NCBI GenBank assembly: GCA_027450205.1
Contig: DAIDJL010000004.1
Span: 75,932 to 139,931, forward strand
Direction: 5' to 3'
Length of the DNA stretch: 64,000 nt
Source of the DNA: Candidatus Parcubacteria bacterium
GTDB lineage: Bacteria; Patescibacteriota; Minisyncoccia; UBA6257; 2-01-FULL-56-20
This document shows positions 8,984-18,326 of the stretch, one piece after another (positions within the stretch are counted from its first letter, which is position 1; each line of letters begins with the position of its first letter). The notes beneath the pieces were generated by a model, which was not told where the DNA came from, did not search any database, and saw nothing but the letters and a program-made list of their open reading frames with translations. A program made the position numbers and the translations under genes.

Positions 8984-10210
8984 ATGCGCCAATCTCAATT
9001 GTTCTCAAAGACCGAGCGGAACGCTCCGAAGGACGAGGCGACCATAAACGCCCAGCTTCTGGCGCGGGCAGGGTTTGTTTCAAAGCTGATGGCCGGAGCA
9101 TATAGTTATCTTCCGCTCGGGCTGCGCGTGCTTAATAACATAGAGAACATCGTCCGCGAGGAAATGAATGCCGTCGGCGGCCAGGAAATTTTAATGCCGA
9201 TCATCCATCCAAAGAGCATCTGGGCGACGACCGGCGGCTGGGATAAGATCGATGTGCTGTTCAAGATAAAAAGCCGTACGGAAAAAGAGTACGCGCTCGG
9301 GCAGAGCGAGGAAGAGGTCGTTACGCCGCTCGTCATGAAGTATGTGAACACGTATAAGGACCTGCCGAGGGCGGTGTATCAGATCAACTGGAAGTTCCGC
9401 GACGAGCTGCGTTCCAAATCGGGATTGCTTCGCGGCGTGGAATTTTTAATGAAGGACATGTACAGCTTCCATGAAACACAGGCAGATTTTGAGCGGTTTT
9501 ACGCGGAGGTAAAGAAGGCATATTTCCGCGTGTATGAACGGATGGGGTTGGTGGCCAAGGCCACGGAGGCGTCCGGCGGTGCGTTCACGCAAAAAGTGTC
9601 ATACGAATTCATGGTGCTCACCGACGCGGGCGAGGATGATATTTTATATTGCGATGTGTGCGATTTTTGCGTGAACGCGGAGATCGCCAAAGAGAAGGAG
9701 GGCGGGCAGTGTACGCGCTGCGGCAAGGGAACGCTGGCGAAAGCACGGGCATCGGAGGTGGGGAATGTGTTCGATCTCGGACAGAAATTCGCAAAGGATT
9801 TTGATGTGACGTATACCGACAAAGAAGGCAAGAAGCAGCATCCGATCATGGGATGTTTCGGCATCGGCATTTCCCGTGCAATGGGCGTCGTCGTGGAAAA
9901 ATTCCATGATGAAAAAGGGATTATCTGGCCGGAGGCAGTCGCGCCGTTCAGGGTGCATTTGCTTGCGCTCGGGGGAGCCGATGGCGCGCATATTTACGAT
10001 TCTTTACAAAAAGCGGGCGTCCAAGTACTCTATGACGATAGGGAAATGTCCGCGGGCGAGAAGTTCGCGGAAGCCGATTTGATCGGTATTCCCTGGAGGA
10101 TCGTGGTCAGCCCGAAGGTCGGGGACGGCAAGGTGGAGGTCAAGCGCCGAACCGAAAAGGAGCCGCGCATCATGGACGTAAAGGAAGCGTTGGAACTCAT
10201 TAAAAAATAA
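8984..10210 (+). CDS. proS: Proline--tRNA ligase (short, no editing domain)
   Basis: YSYLPLG, KFRDE, EFLMKDMYSF, MGCFGIGISR, anticodon domain. Confidence 0.93.
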   Translation: MRQSQLFSKTERNAPKDEATINAQLLARAGFVSKLMAGAYSYLPLGLRVLNNIENIVREEMNAVGGQEILMPIIHPKSIWATTGGWDKIDVLFKIKSRTEKEYALGQSEEEVVTPLVMKYVNTYKDLPRAVYQINWKFRDELRSKSGLLRGVEFLMKDMYSFHETQADFERFYAEVKKAYFRVYERMGLVAKATEASGGAFTQKVSYEFMVLTDAGEDDILYCDVCDFCVNAEIAKEKEGGQCTRCGKGTLAKARASEVGNVFDLGQKFAKDFDVTYTDKEGKKQHPIMGCFGIGISRAMGVVVEKFHDEKGIIWPEAVAPFRVHLLALGGADGAHIYDSLQKAGVQVLYDDREMSAGEKFAEADLIGIPWRIVVSPKVGDGKVEVKRRTEKEPRIMDVKEALELIKK

Positions 10211-10241
10211 TTAAACTATTACGCGACGGTTATCACACACA

Positions 10242-11285
10242 ATGGCACTTTTCGACAATGTATTCAAAGATATCGGCATCGACCTTGGTACGGCGAACTC
10301 GCTTATCTATTTAAAAAATAAAGGCATCGTGGTGAATGAGCCGTCTGTTGCGGCGATCAACACGAAGACGAACCATGTGCTCGCGGTGGGCGACGAGGCA
10401 AAGAAAATGCTGGGCCGCGTACCGCCGCACATCAACGTGGTGCGCCCGCTTGTGAACGGCGTCATTTCCGATTTTGAAATGACCGAAGAGATGCTGCGGC
10501 ATCTGCTGAGTCGTCCGAAAGCAAGTCCGATCATGTCGTATCGCCGCGCGATCCTTGCGATCCCGAACAATCTTACCGAAGTGGAACGAAAATCCGTGGA
10601 AGATGCGGCGCTGAACGCCGGCTGCTCGAAGGTATACCTCGTGGAGTCGCCGACGGCGGCCGCGCTCGGCGCCGGGCTGCCGATCATGACGCCGTCGGCG
10701 AGCATGATCATCGACATCGGCGGCGGCACCACGGACATTGCAGTGATCTCGCTCGGCGGCACCGTCGTCTCTCGTACGCTCAAGGTGGCAGGGGACAAGT
10801 TCAATGAGGACATCATCCGCTACGTGCGTGATGAGTTTCATCTTGCGATCGGCGAGCCGACGGCGGAGTTCGCCAAGATCGCGGTCGGTTCCGCGGTTCC
10901 GCTCGACGAGCGCATAGAGGTGCCGATCCGCGGACGGGACTATACGAGCGGCCTGCCGCGCGAAGTGGGTATGAAGAACAATCATGTGCGCACGGCGATC
11001 TCAAAATCACTCCGTTCGATCATTGATTCCGTTCATGAGGTCATCGAGGAAACTCCGCCGGAGCTGGCGGGCGACGTCCTGCGCGGCGGCATTGTGCTGT
11101 GCGGCGGCGGCGCACTCCTGCGCGGCCTGGATGAGCTGCTCGAAAAGGAGACCGGCGTCACCGTGACCGTGGCCGACGATCCGCTGACGTGCGTGGTGCG
11201 CGGGCTGGGGCAGATGGTGGATGACTTCGATGCGCACCGCGAGCTGCTCGATAATCCGCTGAAGCCGCTCTATATCAATCTATAA
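10242..11285 (+). CDS. mreB: Rod shape protein MreB
   Basis: IGIDLGTAN, IDIGGGTTD, GGGALLRG. Confidence 0.97.
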   Translation: MALFDNVFKDIGIDLGTANSLIYLKNKGIVVNEPSVAAINTKTNHVLAVGDEAKKMLGRVPPHINVVRPLVNGVISDFEMTEEMLRHLLSRPKASPIMSYRRAILAIPNNLTEVERKSVEDAALNAGCSKVYLVESPTAAALGAGLPIMTPSASMIIDIGGGTTDIAVISLGGTVVSRTLKVAGDKFNEDIIRYVRDEFHLAIGEPTAEFAKIAVGSAVPLDERIEVPIRGRDYTSGLPREVGMKNNHVRTAISKSLRSIIDSVHEVIEETPPELAGDVLRGGIVLCGGGALLRGLDELLEKETGVTVTVADDPLTCVVRGLGQMVDDFDAHRELLDNPLKPLYINL

Positions 11286-11300
11286 CGGGATCTTCTTCTG

Positions 11301-12026
11301 ATGGGGCGACAGCGCATATCAAATAATCATTGGATCTCCGGCGCGCTCATTGTCATACTCGCACTCCTTATTTTTTTTGCCCCATCGTATGGCTGGAAGA
11401 TCCGCGCGTGGCTGAGTCCCTCGCCGGGCTGCCCCTCGGGAAGCAGCGCCGGTACATGTGTCTCGCCGTCGTCTTCGCAGGCCGATGGCCAATCGCTCGC
11501 CGCGGAAAATGATGCGTTGAAGGCGCAGCTCGCGCAGCTACAGGTGGTGGCGTCGCAGCTGCCCACGTCTACCGCCGGCGAGGTCCGCGCGATGGTGTAT
11601 TCGCGTTACCCGATGAACTTCAGGAACGAGCTGTTCGTGAATGCCGGCGCGAACGACGGTATCGGGCCCGGCGCGGCGGTCGTATTCCAGGGCATGCTGA
11701 TCGGCCAGGTGCGCGCGGTATTCCCGGATCAGGCGGTCGTCCAGACCATTTTTGACGATACGCTCAAGATGCCGGTGCGCATCGGGGCGGCCGGCGCGGA
11801 CGGGCTTCTGCAGGGCGGGTCGTATCCGTTCGTCGGTTCCATTGCGAACGCCGCGCCGGTCGCCCCGGGCGCAATCGTCTATTCCGCCGCGCCGGGCATC
11901 CCGTACGCGCTGCCTATCGCGACGGTGGCTGCGACGAGCACCTCGCCCGACAGCTTGTTCCAGCAGGCATCGCTCGATTTTCCGTACGACGTGAACAATA
12001 TACAAACGGTGTTCATCATAAAATAA
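11301..12026 (+). CDS. mreC: Rod shape protein MreC
   Basis: N-terminal TM, coiled coil ENDALKAQL, beta-domain NAGANDGI; follows mreB. Confidence 0.85.
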   Translation: MGRQRISNNHWISGALIVILALLIFFAPSYGWKIRAWLSPSPGCPSGSSAGTCVSPSSSQADGQSLAAENDALKAQLAQLQVVASQLPTSTAGEVRAMVYSRYPMNFRNELFVNAGANDGIGPGAAVVFQGMLIGQVRAVFPDQAVVQTIFDDTLKMPVRIGAAGADGLLQGGSYPFVGSIANAAPVAPGAIVYSAAPGIPYALPIATVAATSTSPDSLFQQASLDFPYDVNNIQTVFIIK

Positions 12027-12043
12027 TTCTCACCCGGCATACC

Positions 12044-12478
12044 ATGCGACTGCGATTTATTCTCGCCATCCTTATTCTTCTCCTTGCGTGTGCGCTCCAA
12101 TTCTGGTTCGCCTCCGCGAACGTGTTCATCAATTTCATTCTCGCGGCGCTCATCGTGTTCGCACTCTTTTTCGATATCTGGGAGCTCCTCGTATTCATCC
12201 TCTTCGCGGTCTTCGTCGTCAACTGGGCTCCGGTTCCAAGTATTGATATCTTCGTGTTCGGAATCATTCCCATTGCGGCGCTCGTGTTCCATAACGTATC
12301 CGCCTGGACATCGTGGACGGCGGTGCCCGTAGCGATCATCTGCGGATTCCTTTTGCTCTACCTTGCCATCGCCCCCGCGGCATTTCTGGCAAACTGGGAA
12401 TTGTTCCTGGTGGATGTGTTCGGCGGCTTGGTGTTCGGCGGCTTGGTGTTCCTTACCTTGGACCGTCTGAAAGGATGA
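12044..12478 (+). CDS. MreD-like membrane protein
   Basis: Highly hydrophobic; between mreC and PBP2. Confidence 0.65.
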   Translation: MRLRFILAILILLLACALQFWFASANVFINFILAALIVFALFFDIWELLVFILFAVFVVNWAPVPSIDIFVFGIIPIAALVFHNVSAWTSWTAVPVAIICGFLLLYLAIAPAAFLANWELFLVDVFGGLVFGGLVFLTLDRLKG

Positions 12479-12487
12479 TCATCTTTA

Positions 12488-14416
12488 ATGAAAAAAAAAT
12501 CACAGGAGATACCATTTGAAGATTCACTGAACGACGACTGGGGCCATGATCTTGATATGGTGGAGGTTCCGCTTGGCGCCCGCCCCATGATCGCGCTCGG
12601 TGCGGTCATCACGGTCATCGCACTCGTCGTTTTCGGGCGTGTCGCATATCTCAACTGGAGCGGCGGCGCGTATTATGCCGCGCGCGCGGCGGACAACGCG
12701 GATCAGACGCAGGCGACGCCCGCACCGCGCGGGATCATCTACGACGCCGAGGGAGATCCGCTCGTGGAGAACAAGGCGGTGTTCGATGCCGTCCTTGATG
12801 CGCATCTTTTCATTTCCGATCCGGCGCTCCAGGGCGCTACGATCGCGGCGGCGCAAAGCATCCTTGGCATTCCGTCATCCACGGTATGGTCAATGATCGC
12901 CGCGAGCGAAGCGCAAGATTTTTCCACGCCGATCGTGCTTGCGCAAAATATCAGCCAGCCCGAGCTGGTGGACCTTCAGGCGCTCAGTTCATCGACCATC
13001 AGGATACAAAGCGATTTTCAGCGGTATTACCCGAACGGGCAGGTGTTCTCTTCGGTCATCGGATATGTCGGGCGGGTGAGTCAGGGCGATCTTTTAAAAA
13101 ATCCAACGCTGACCGCCGCCGATTTCGTGGGCAAGATGGGGATTGAAAAGGAATATGACGCGACTCTGCAGGGTACGCCTGGCGTGGACATTAAATTCAC
13201 CGATGCGTACGGAAAGGTGCTGGGAGAGGAGCAGCAGTCGGCTTCCACCATCGGCTCGCCGGTCCATTTGACGATCGATGGCGGTTTGCAGACCGATCTT
13301 TACAACAGTATAAAACAGGAACTCGCGCTGCTTGGCCGGCAGGTGGGCATCGGGCTTGCGATCGATCCGCAGACCGGTGCGGTCCTTTCGCTCGTCAATG
13401 TGCCGGGGTTTGATAATAACGCATTTGAGGCGCCGGCAAGCAGCACTGCCGAAATCAAGAATTATCTGACCTCGCCGGACGAACCGCTTTTCAACCGCAT
13501 CGTTTCCGGGCAGTATCAGCCGGGATCCACGATAAAGCCGCTCGACGCCGTTGCGGCGCTCAAGGAAGGGGTCATCACGCCGGATCGCCAGCTTTTTTCC
13601 CCGGGTTATCTCATGGTGCCCAACCCATACGACTCTTCCACCCCGACCAGATATGCGGACTGGGAACCGCATGGATATATCAATCTTGCGGCCGCGCTCG
13701 CGCAATCGTCCGATGTATACTTTTACATCGTGGGCGGCGGATCGCCGGAATATACCACACCGCCGCTCAACAATCCGGTCGATTATGGCATCAACGGGCT
13801 TGGTGCGGCGAAACTTTTCGATTGGTGGACCATGTTCGGCCTGGGAAAAAAGACCGGCATCGACCTGCCGAATGAGGCCGTAGGGTTTTTGCCGACACCC
13901 GCATGGTGGAGCACTGTCTCCGCGCGGCCATGGTCGCTGGGCGATACCTACAACGTTTCCATCGGGCAGGGATCGCTGGCCGTCACGCCGATCCAGCTGC
14001 TCAGTTATATCGATGCTATTGCGAACGGCGGGAAGATATATCGTCCGTTCCTGAACGCCAGCTCGACGCCATTTGTCAATGAAGACCTGACAAATCTTTT
14101 GCCGCAGATACAGCAGGTGCAGCAGGGAATGCTGGAAGCGGTGGCGGATCCGCGCGGCACCGCGTATACGATGAACGGGCTGCCCGCTCAGGCGTGCGCA
14201 AAAACGGGGAGCGCGCAGGTGCAGAACAACCAGGAAGAGAACGCGCTTTTTGTGGGATATTTCCCGTGCACCGATCCCCGGGTCGCATTGCTCATCCTCA
14301 TCGAAAACTCCAAACAGGGGAGCCTTAATGCGGTTCCTATCGCTAAGAACGTTTTTGATTGGTATTATTACAATAGGATGGTCGGCGGCGGGAATGCCAC
14401 GAGTACCACACACTAA
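12488..14416 (+). CDS. mrdA: Penicillin-binding protein 2 (class B transpeptidase)
   Basis: RGIIYD, PGSTIK (SxxK), SSD, KTGSAQ; in mre operon. Confidence 0.92.
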   Translation: MKKKSQEIPFEDSLNDDWGHDLDMVEVPLGARPMIALGAVITVIALVVFGRVAYLNWSGGAYYAARAADNADQTQATPAPRGIIYDAEGDPLVENKAVFDAVLDAHLFISDPALQGATIAAAQSILGIPSSTVWSMIAASEAQDFSTPIVLAQNISQPELVDLQALSSSTIRIQSDFQRYYPNGQVFSSVIGYVGRVSQGDLLKNPTLTAADFVGKMGIEKEYDATLQGTPGVDIKFTDAYGKVLGEEQQSASTIGSPVHLTIDGGLQTDLYNSIKQELALLGRQVGIGLAIDPQTGAVLSLVNVPGFDNNAFEAPASSTAEIKNYLTSPDEPLFNRIVSGQYQPGSTIKPLDAVAALKEGVITPDRQLFSPGYLMVPNPYDSSTPTRYADWEPHGYINLAAALAQSSDVYFYIVGGGSPEYTTPPLNNPVDYGINGLGAAKLFDWWTMFGLGKKTGIDLPNEAVGFLPTPAWWSTVSARPWSLGDTYNVSIGQGSLAVTPIQLLSYIDAIANGGKIYRPFLNASSTPFVNEDLTNLLPQIQQVQQGMLEAVADPRGTAYTMNGLPAQACAKTGSAQVQNNQEENALFVGYFPCTDPRVALLILIENSKQGSLNAVPIAKNVFDWYYYNRMVGGGNATSTTH

Positions 14417-14417
14417 C

Positions 14418-15407
14418 ATGAGCGAGCTACGGCAAGATCTAACATCGGGGGATTGGGTGCTCATTGCGCCCGGACGCGCGACGCGTCCGAAATTTTTGGA
14501 TAAAAAAAGGCCGGCGCGCAAGCCCACGCCGAAAAGCACGTGCCCGTTTGAAGATCTCAAAAAGAACGGCAACTGGCCGCCGAGCTTCGTTTCTCCGGAC
14601 GAGAAAAATTGGAAGATCGCGGTGATCCCCAATAAGTATCCCGCCCTCGAGCGCGGCGCGGTCTGTTCTGTTCCGTTCCGGCATGGCATTTACCACGTAC
14701 GTACGGCGGTCGGGACGCATAATTTGCTTATCACCCGCGACCACAACAGGCATTTTACCGATCTTAGCAGGTCCGAGGCTGCGAACGTATTCGGGGTATT
14801 CCAGGCATTTCATGACATGGCGGCCAAGGATAAGTGCGCCGCGTATATTTCTACGTTCTACAATTATGGTCCGGATGCGGGCGCGTCCGTATGGCATCCG
14901 CATTATCAGATGCTTACACTTCCGATCATCCCGCCGCATAACGTCCGCTCGCTGCGCGGCGCGAACGAGTATTTCAAAAAATATGGGCGTTGTGTGCGGT
15001 GCGACATCATAAAAGTGGAGCGGAAAAAGAAAGCGCGCGTGGTTTTCGAGAACGAACATGCGATCGCCATCGCGCCGTACGCGTCCAAGCGGCCATTCGA
15101 AGTGAGCGTGCTTCCGAAAAAACACTGGGATTCGTTCCGCGATACCCCCCCTGCCGCCGTCCGCGATATCGCGCTCGCGCTCCAGGCCGTATTGCAAAAA
15201 ATGAAAAAATACCTGAGCGACCCCGATCTGAATTTTTTCGTGCATGATACGCCGCTCGACCACAGGGATTACCGCCATCATCATTGGCATATCGAAGTGG
15301 TCCCGAAAACCTCGTTGGAGGCCGGGTTCGAGTTTTCCACCAGGATCGATATCAATGTCGTGGATCCGGACATCGCCGCGGCGACCCTTCGCGGAAAGAA
15401 ATTATAA
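14418..15407 (+). CDS. galT: Galactose-1-phosphate uridylyltransferase-like HIT protein
   Basis: ELRQD, CPF, NKYPAL, AGASVWHPHYQ, HWHIEV. Confidence 0.85.
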   Translation: MSELRQDLTSGDWVLIAPGRATRPKFLDKKRPARKPTPKSTCPFEDLKKNGNWPPSFVSPDEKNWKIAVIPNKYPALERGAVCSVPFRHGIYHVRTAVGTHNLLITRDHNRHFTDLSRSEAANVFGVFQAFHDMAAKDKCAAYISTFYNYGPDAGASVWHPHYQMLTLPIIPPHNVRSLRGANEYFKKYGRCVRCDIIKVERKKKARVVFENEHAIAIAPYASKRPFEVSVLPKKHWDSFRDTPPAAVRDIALALQAVLQKMKKYLSDPDLNFFVHDTPLDHRDYRHHHWHIEVVPKTSLEAGFEFSTRIDINVVDPDIAAATLRGKKL

Positions 15408-15422
15408 CCTCGCCATTTTGAC

Positions 15423-15770
15423 ATGATAAAAAAGATAAAAAAATATCGCCTGGTCAGTTTGTTTTCTCTTGCGTCATTCGCGTTCGCCGCGGGAGGATTC
15501 TTCTGGGCGCTCGGCGAGCTCTCTGGCGCAGCCGGCGGGCCGCTTATCCTGCACTTCAACGACATGCAGGGGATCACGAGCATCGGCGATACCGGCACTC
15601 TGTGGTTCATGGGCGTGCTTGGTATCGCCATCACGGTCGTCAATTTTTTTCTCGCTATCGGGCTGGAAGAGCGGGATCGGGTTTTGGGCAAGGTTGTCGC
15701 CGCGATGACGCTCATCATGGCCATCTTGCTTTTTCTATCGTTCGCGGCTATAATCAAAGTCAATTATTAA
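15423..15770 (+). CDS. Small membrane protein
   Basis: Three TM segments, PLILHF motif. Confidence 0.7.
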   Translation: MIKKIKKYRLVSLFSLASFAFAAGGFFWALGELSGAAGGPLILHFNDMQGITSIGDTGTLWFMGVLGIAITVVNFFLAIGLEERDRVLGKVVAAMTLIMAILLFLSFAAIIKVNY

Positions 15771-15774
15771 ACCT

Positions 15775-16089
15775 ATGGCAAATGATTTTGCGGTGATCCA
15801 GACGGGCGGCAAACAGTACCGCGTCTCGCCTGGCCAGAAGCTAAAAGTGGAAAAGTTGGACGCCAAATCCGGCGATAAGGTGGTTTTTGACACCGTCCTC
15901 TTGACGTCCGTCGGAGACACGGTCAAGGTTGGCGCGCCGTATATTGCGGGAGCAAAGCTTGAGGCAAAAGTGCTCGGCGAGGGTAAGGGCAAGAAAGCGA
16001 TCGTCTTCAAGTATCATCCCAAGACCCGTTCACGCAAAAAGAAGGGGCACAGGCAGGAATATACGGAGTTGGAGATCGTTAAAATTTAA
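15775..16089 (+). CDS. rplU: 50S ribosomal protein L21
   Basis: IQTGGKQYRV, KKKGHRQEYT. Confidence 0.97.
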   Translation: MANDFAVIQTGGKQYRVSPGQKLKVEKLDAKSGDKVVFDTVLLTSVGDTVKVGAPYIAGAKLEAKVLGEGKGKKAIVFKYHPKTRSRKKKGHRQEYTELEIVKI

Positions 16090-16158
16090 TAAAAACGCAG
16101 AGATACGAAACCGCTCCTATGCACAGGGGCGGTTTTCTTGGTGTGATACACTAAAGGC

Positions 16159-16389
16159 ATGAATATATTAAACACTGGTGGTGCGGGGTTGGCGGCCTTT
16201 GGGCCGTGGGTGCTGCTCCTTATTGTATGGAGCCTGTTCTGGAAAGGCCTTGCGTTGTGGCATGCCGGTCGCCGTGGCGAGCCGTGGTGGTTCGTGATCA
16301 TGCTTGTCATAAACACCGTCGGCATCCTGGAGATCATTTATCTGTTTGCTGTGTGCAAGCTGGGGTTTGGAGAACTATTCAAGAAATAG
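16159..16389 (+). CDS. DUF5652-like membrane protein
   Basis: WKGLALWHA...WF...INTVGILEIIYL. Confidence 0.8.
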   Translation: MNILNTGGAGLAAFGPWVLLLIVWSLFWKGLALWHAGRRGEPWWFVIMLVINTVGILEIIYLFAVCKLGFGELFKK

Positions 16390-16402
16390 CGATCGGGTCA
16401 AA

Positions 16403-17896
16403 TTAATTTATATAAAACACATCCGCACTTGGCGTTCCGGCCGGGATCGTGCTCGCTTGGTCGGGCAATAGATAATGGATGTTTGCCGCGGTCGCATCGG
16501 CGGCGGTGAACGAGTGCGTGATGAACATCGTCGTTTCGGCCGGGGTCGGGATGCCGCGCACGGGGACGCCCCCGGCGTTTACGATAACGTACTTCGGCGT
16601 GCTTGCGGGGAGCGCATTGATCGCGCGGCCGATGTCTACATAGTTTGCACTGAACGCGCCGGGGACATTTGGATTTTGAGCCCATATGACGAAGTAATCG
16701 TAGTAGCCCCATCCGGCGACGGTCACAATGAAGATGATCATGAGCGATTTCGCGAGCGCGACATTCCAATGTTTTTTAATTGCGCGATAGAGCCATACGC
16801 CGCCGAGCGTCGCAAAGATGAGCGCCGGCGCAAGCGCAAGGATGGAGCGCAACGCGTGGGGAATGCCCTCGTCCGATGCGGCGGCGGGCAGGATCCCGAA
16901 GATGAACCATGCGAACGTAAGCCAGATGCCGAACGGAGGGAATAGAGCCTCGTTTTCCGCGGTGACGTATTTCTTTCGCATGCGGCGGATGGCGTAATAG
17001 ATCGAAAGTGCGATGCCGAGCAGGAAGAGCAGGCCGACCGGCCAGAACAATTCCGGTGCGCCGCTCACGTTCTGCCGCCAGTTATAGTCGCCGTGCCAGT
17101 TGAACATCAGAAGTTCCTTTGTGATATTGACGACAAAGTCGCGCGCGGGATTGGATGCGGCGGTCACCGCGATCTGCGCGGTGCGGCCGAAGAAGCTGCC
17201 TGGCGTCGTGGCAAAGTACCATCCGATCGGCGCAGCCACGATGAATGTGGTGGCGATAAAGGTTGCGGTGCGCTTCCAGAATCCGGGATTTTTTCGGAAG
17301 AATGGGATGAACAATAGGAACAGTATTGGCGTGACGCGGTAAGCAATATAGGTATAAAAACCAAGGCTGTAGACGGTGCCGGCGGCAACCGCATAGAAGA
17401 TCGCCGTGCGTCTGTTGTCGTTGCGGAACGATCTCATGAGCAGCCAAAGCGCCCACACAAGCAGCAGCGGGGCCAGGATTGCGCGAAATCCGATCCGCGA
17501 GAAGATGATCCCCCAGAAACTGGTTGCCAGCAGGAATGCCGCAAGCAGCCCGGCGCCGGAGCCGAATAGTTCAGCGACCAGCAGATAGAAGCCCCATACA
17601 GTGAGGACTCCGGCGATGGCCGCGGGCAGGCGGACGACCCATGGCTCGGCGGCGTGGGTCGCATCGATGGCCAGTGCGACGAGGTTCACATAAAGCCCTT
17701 CGCGGCCGTTATCTTCCGGATAGAAAACCTTGAACTGTCCGGTTTCCGCGACCTCGGTGGCGTTGTTGCCGTTCATCGCCTCGTCCGGATAGAGGCCGGG
17801 AGGGACCGTTGTGAAATGGTAGAAGCGGAAGAAGGTTGCTATAATTAAAATGCCGATCAGAAGAACGTTCCGTTTGGTTCTCGTCATTCTATTCAT
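16403..17896 (-). CDS. GT-C (family 39/PMT-like) glycosyltransferase
   Basis: PPGLYPDEA, RLPAAIAGVLTV, multiple TM segments. Confidence 0.85.
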   Translation of the reverse strand: MNRMTRTKRNVLLIGILIIATFFRFYHFTTVPPGLYPDEAMNGNNATEVAETGQFKVFYPEDNGREGLYVNLVALAIDATHAAEPWVVRLPAAIAGVLTVWGFYLLVAELFGSGAGLLAAFLLATSFWGIIFSRIGFRAILAPLLLVWALWLLMRSFRNDNRRTAIFYAVAAGTVYSLGFYTYIAYRVTPILFLLFIPFFRKNPGFWKRTATFIATTFIVAAPIGWYFATTPGSFFGRTAQIAVTAASNPARDFVVNITKELLMFNWHGDYNWRQNVSGAPELFWPVGLLFLLGIALSIYYAIRRMRKKYVTAENEALFPPFGIWLTFAWFIFGILPAAASDEGIPHALRSILALAPALIFATLGGVWLYRAIKKHWNVALAKSLMIIFIVTVAGWGYYDYFVIWAQNPNVPGAFSANYVDIGRAINALPASTPKYVIVNAGGVPVRGIPTPAETTMFITHSFTAADATAANIHYLLPDQASTIPAGTPSADVFYIN

Positions 17897-17905
17897 TATA
17901 TCAAA

Positions 17906-18325
17906 ATGGACCCATCACCATCATTTGAAAGCGCGTTGGAGGCGGACATGAAAACGCTTGCGGCGGAGATCCACCGCACGCAGGAAATGAAGGATAAAAA
18001 GAATGCGGAGGGGTTGGATGTGTTAAAGGAAGCGATCCGCGCGTTTCCGCAGCTCGATCACGAAGGCTCCGGTGGAAACGGCGTTCCGGTTGCGCCGGCC
18101 GTAGCTGCAGCGCAGTCGGGCAGCCCGCTTCCTGCGTACGCACAGAACGCGCCTGCGGAGATAAAACTGGAGATAGAGTATCTGCTTGATGTTGCGTTTC
18201 GCAAGGGCATCGGCGCGGCGCTTTCCGAATCCGCGAAGTCACCGTACTTCGTGCAGGACGCGTTCCATGACGCGCTCGCGGGGCGGTTGTATCCGGAGCT
18301 GCAGAAGCGCGGTGTGCTGAAATAA
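17906..18325 (+). CDS. Hypothetical protein upstream of TraG/HerA-like ATPase
   Basis: Coupled to the next gene; DAFHDALA motif. Confidence 0.7.
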   Translation: MDPSPSFESALEADMKTLAAEIHRTQEMKDKKNAEGLDVLKEAIRAFPQLDHEGSGGNGVPVAPAVAAAQSGSPLPAYAQNAPAEIKLEIEYLLDVAFRKGIGAALSESAKSPYFVQDAFHDALAGRLYPELQKRGVLK

Positions 18326-18326
18326 C

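Noticed and set aside
12416-12451. 15-bp tandem duplication in the mreD-like gene
   Set aside because: Simple in-frame duplication (VFGGL).
13094-14689. 531-aa antisense ORF and similar long antisense ORFs elsewhere
   Set aside because: Opposite well-supported genes; expected from GC-rich codon bias.
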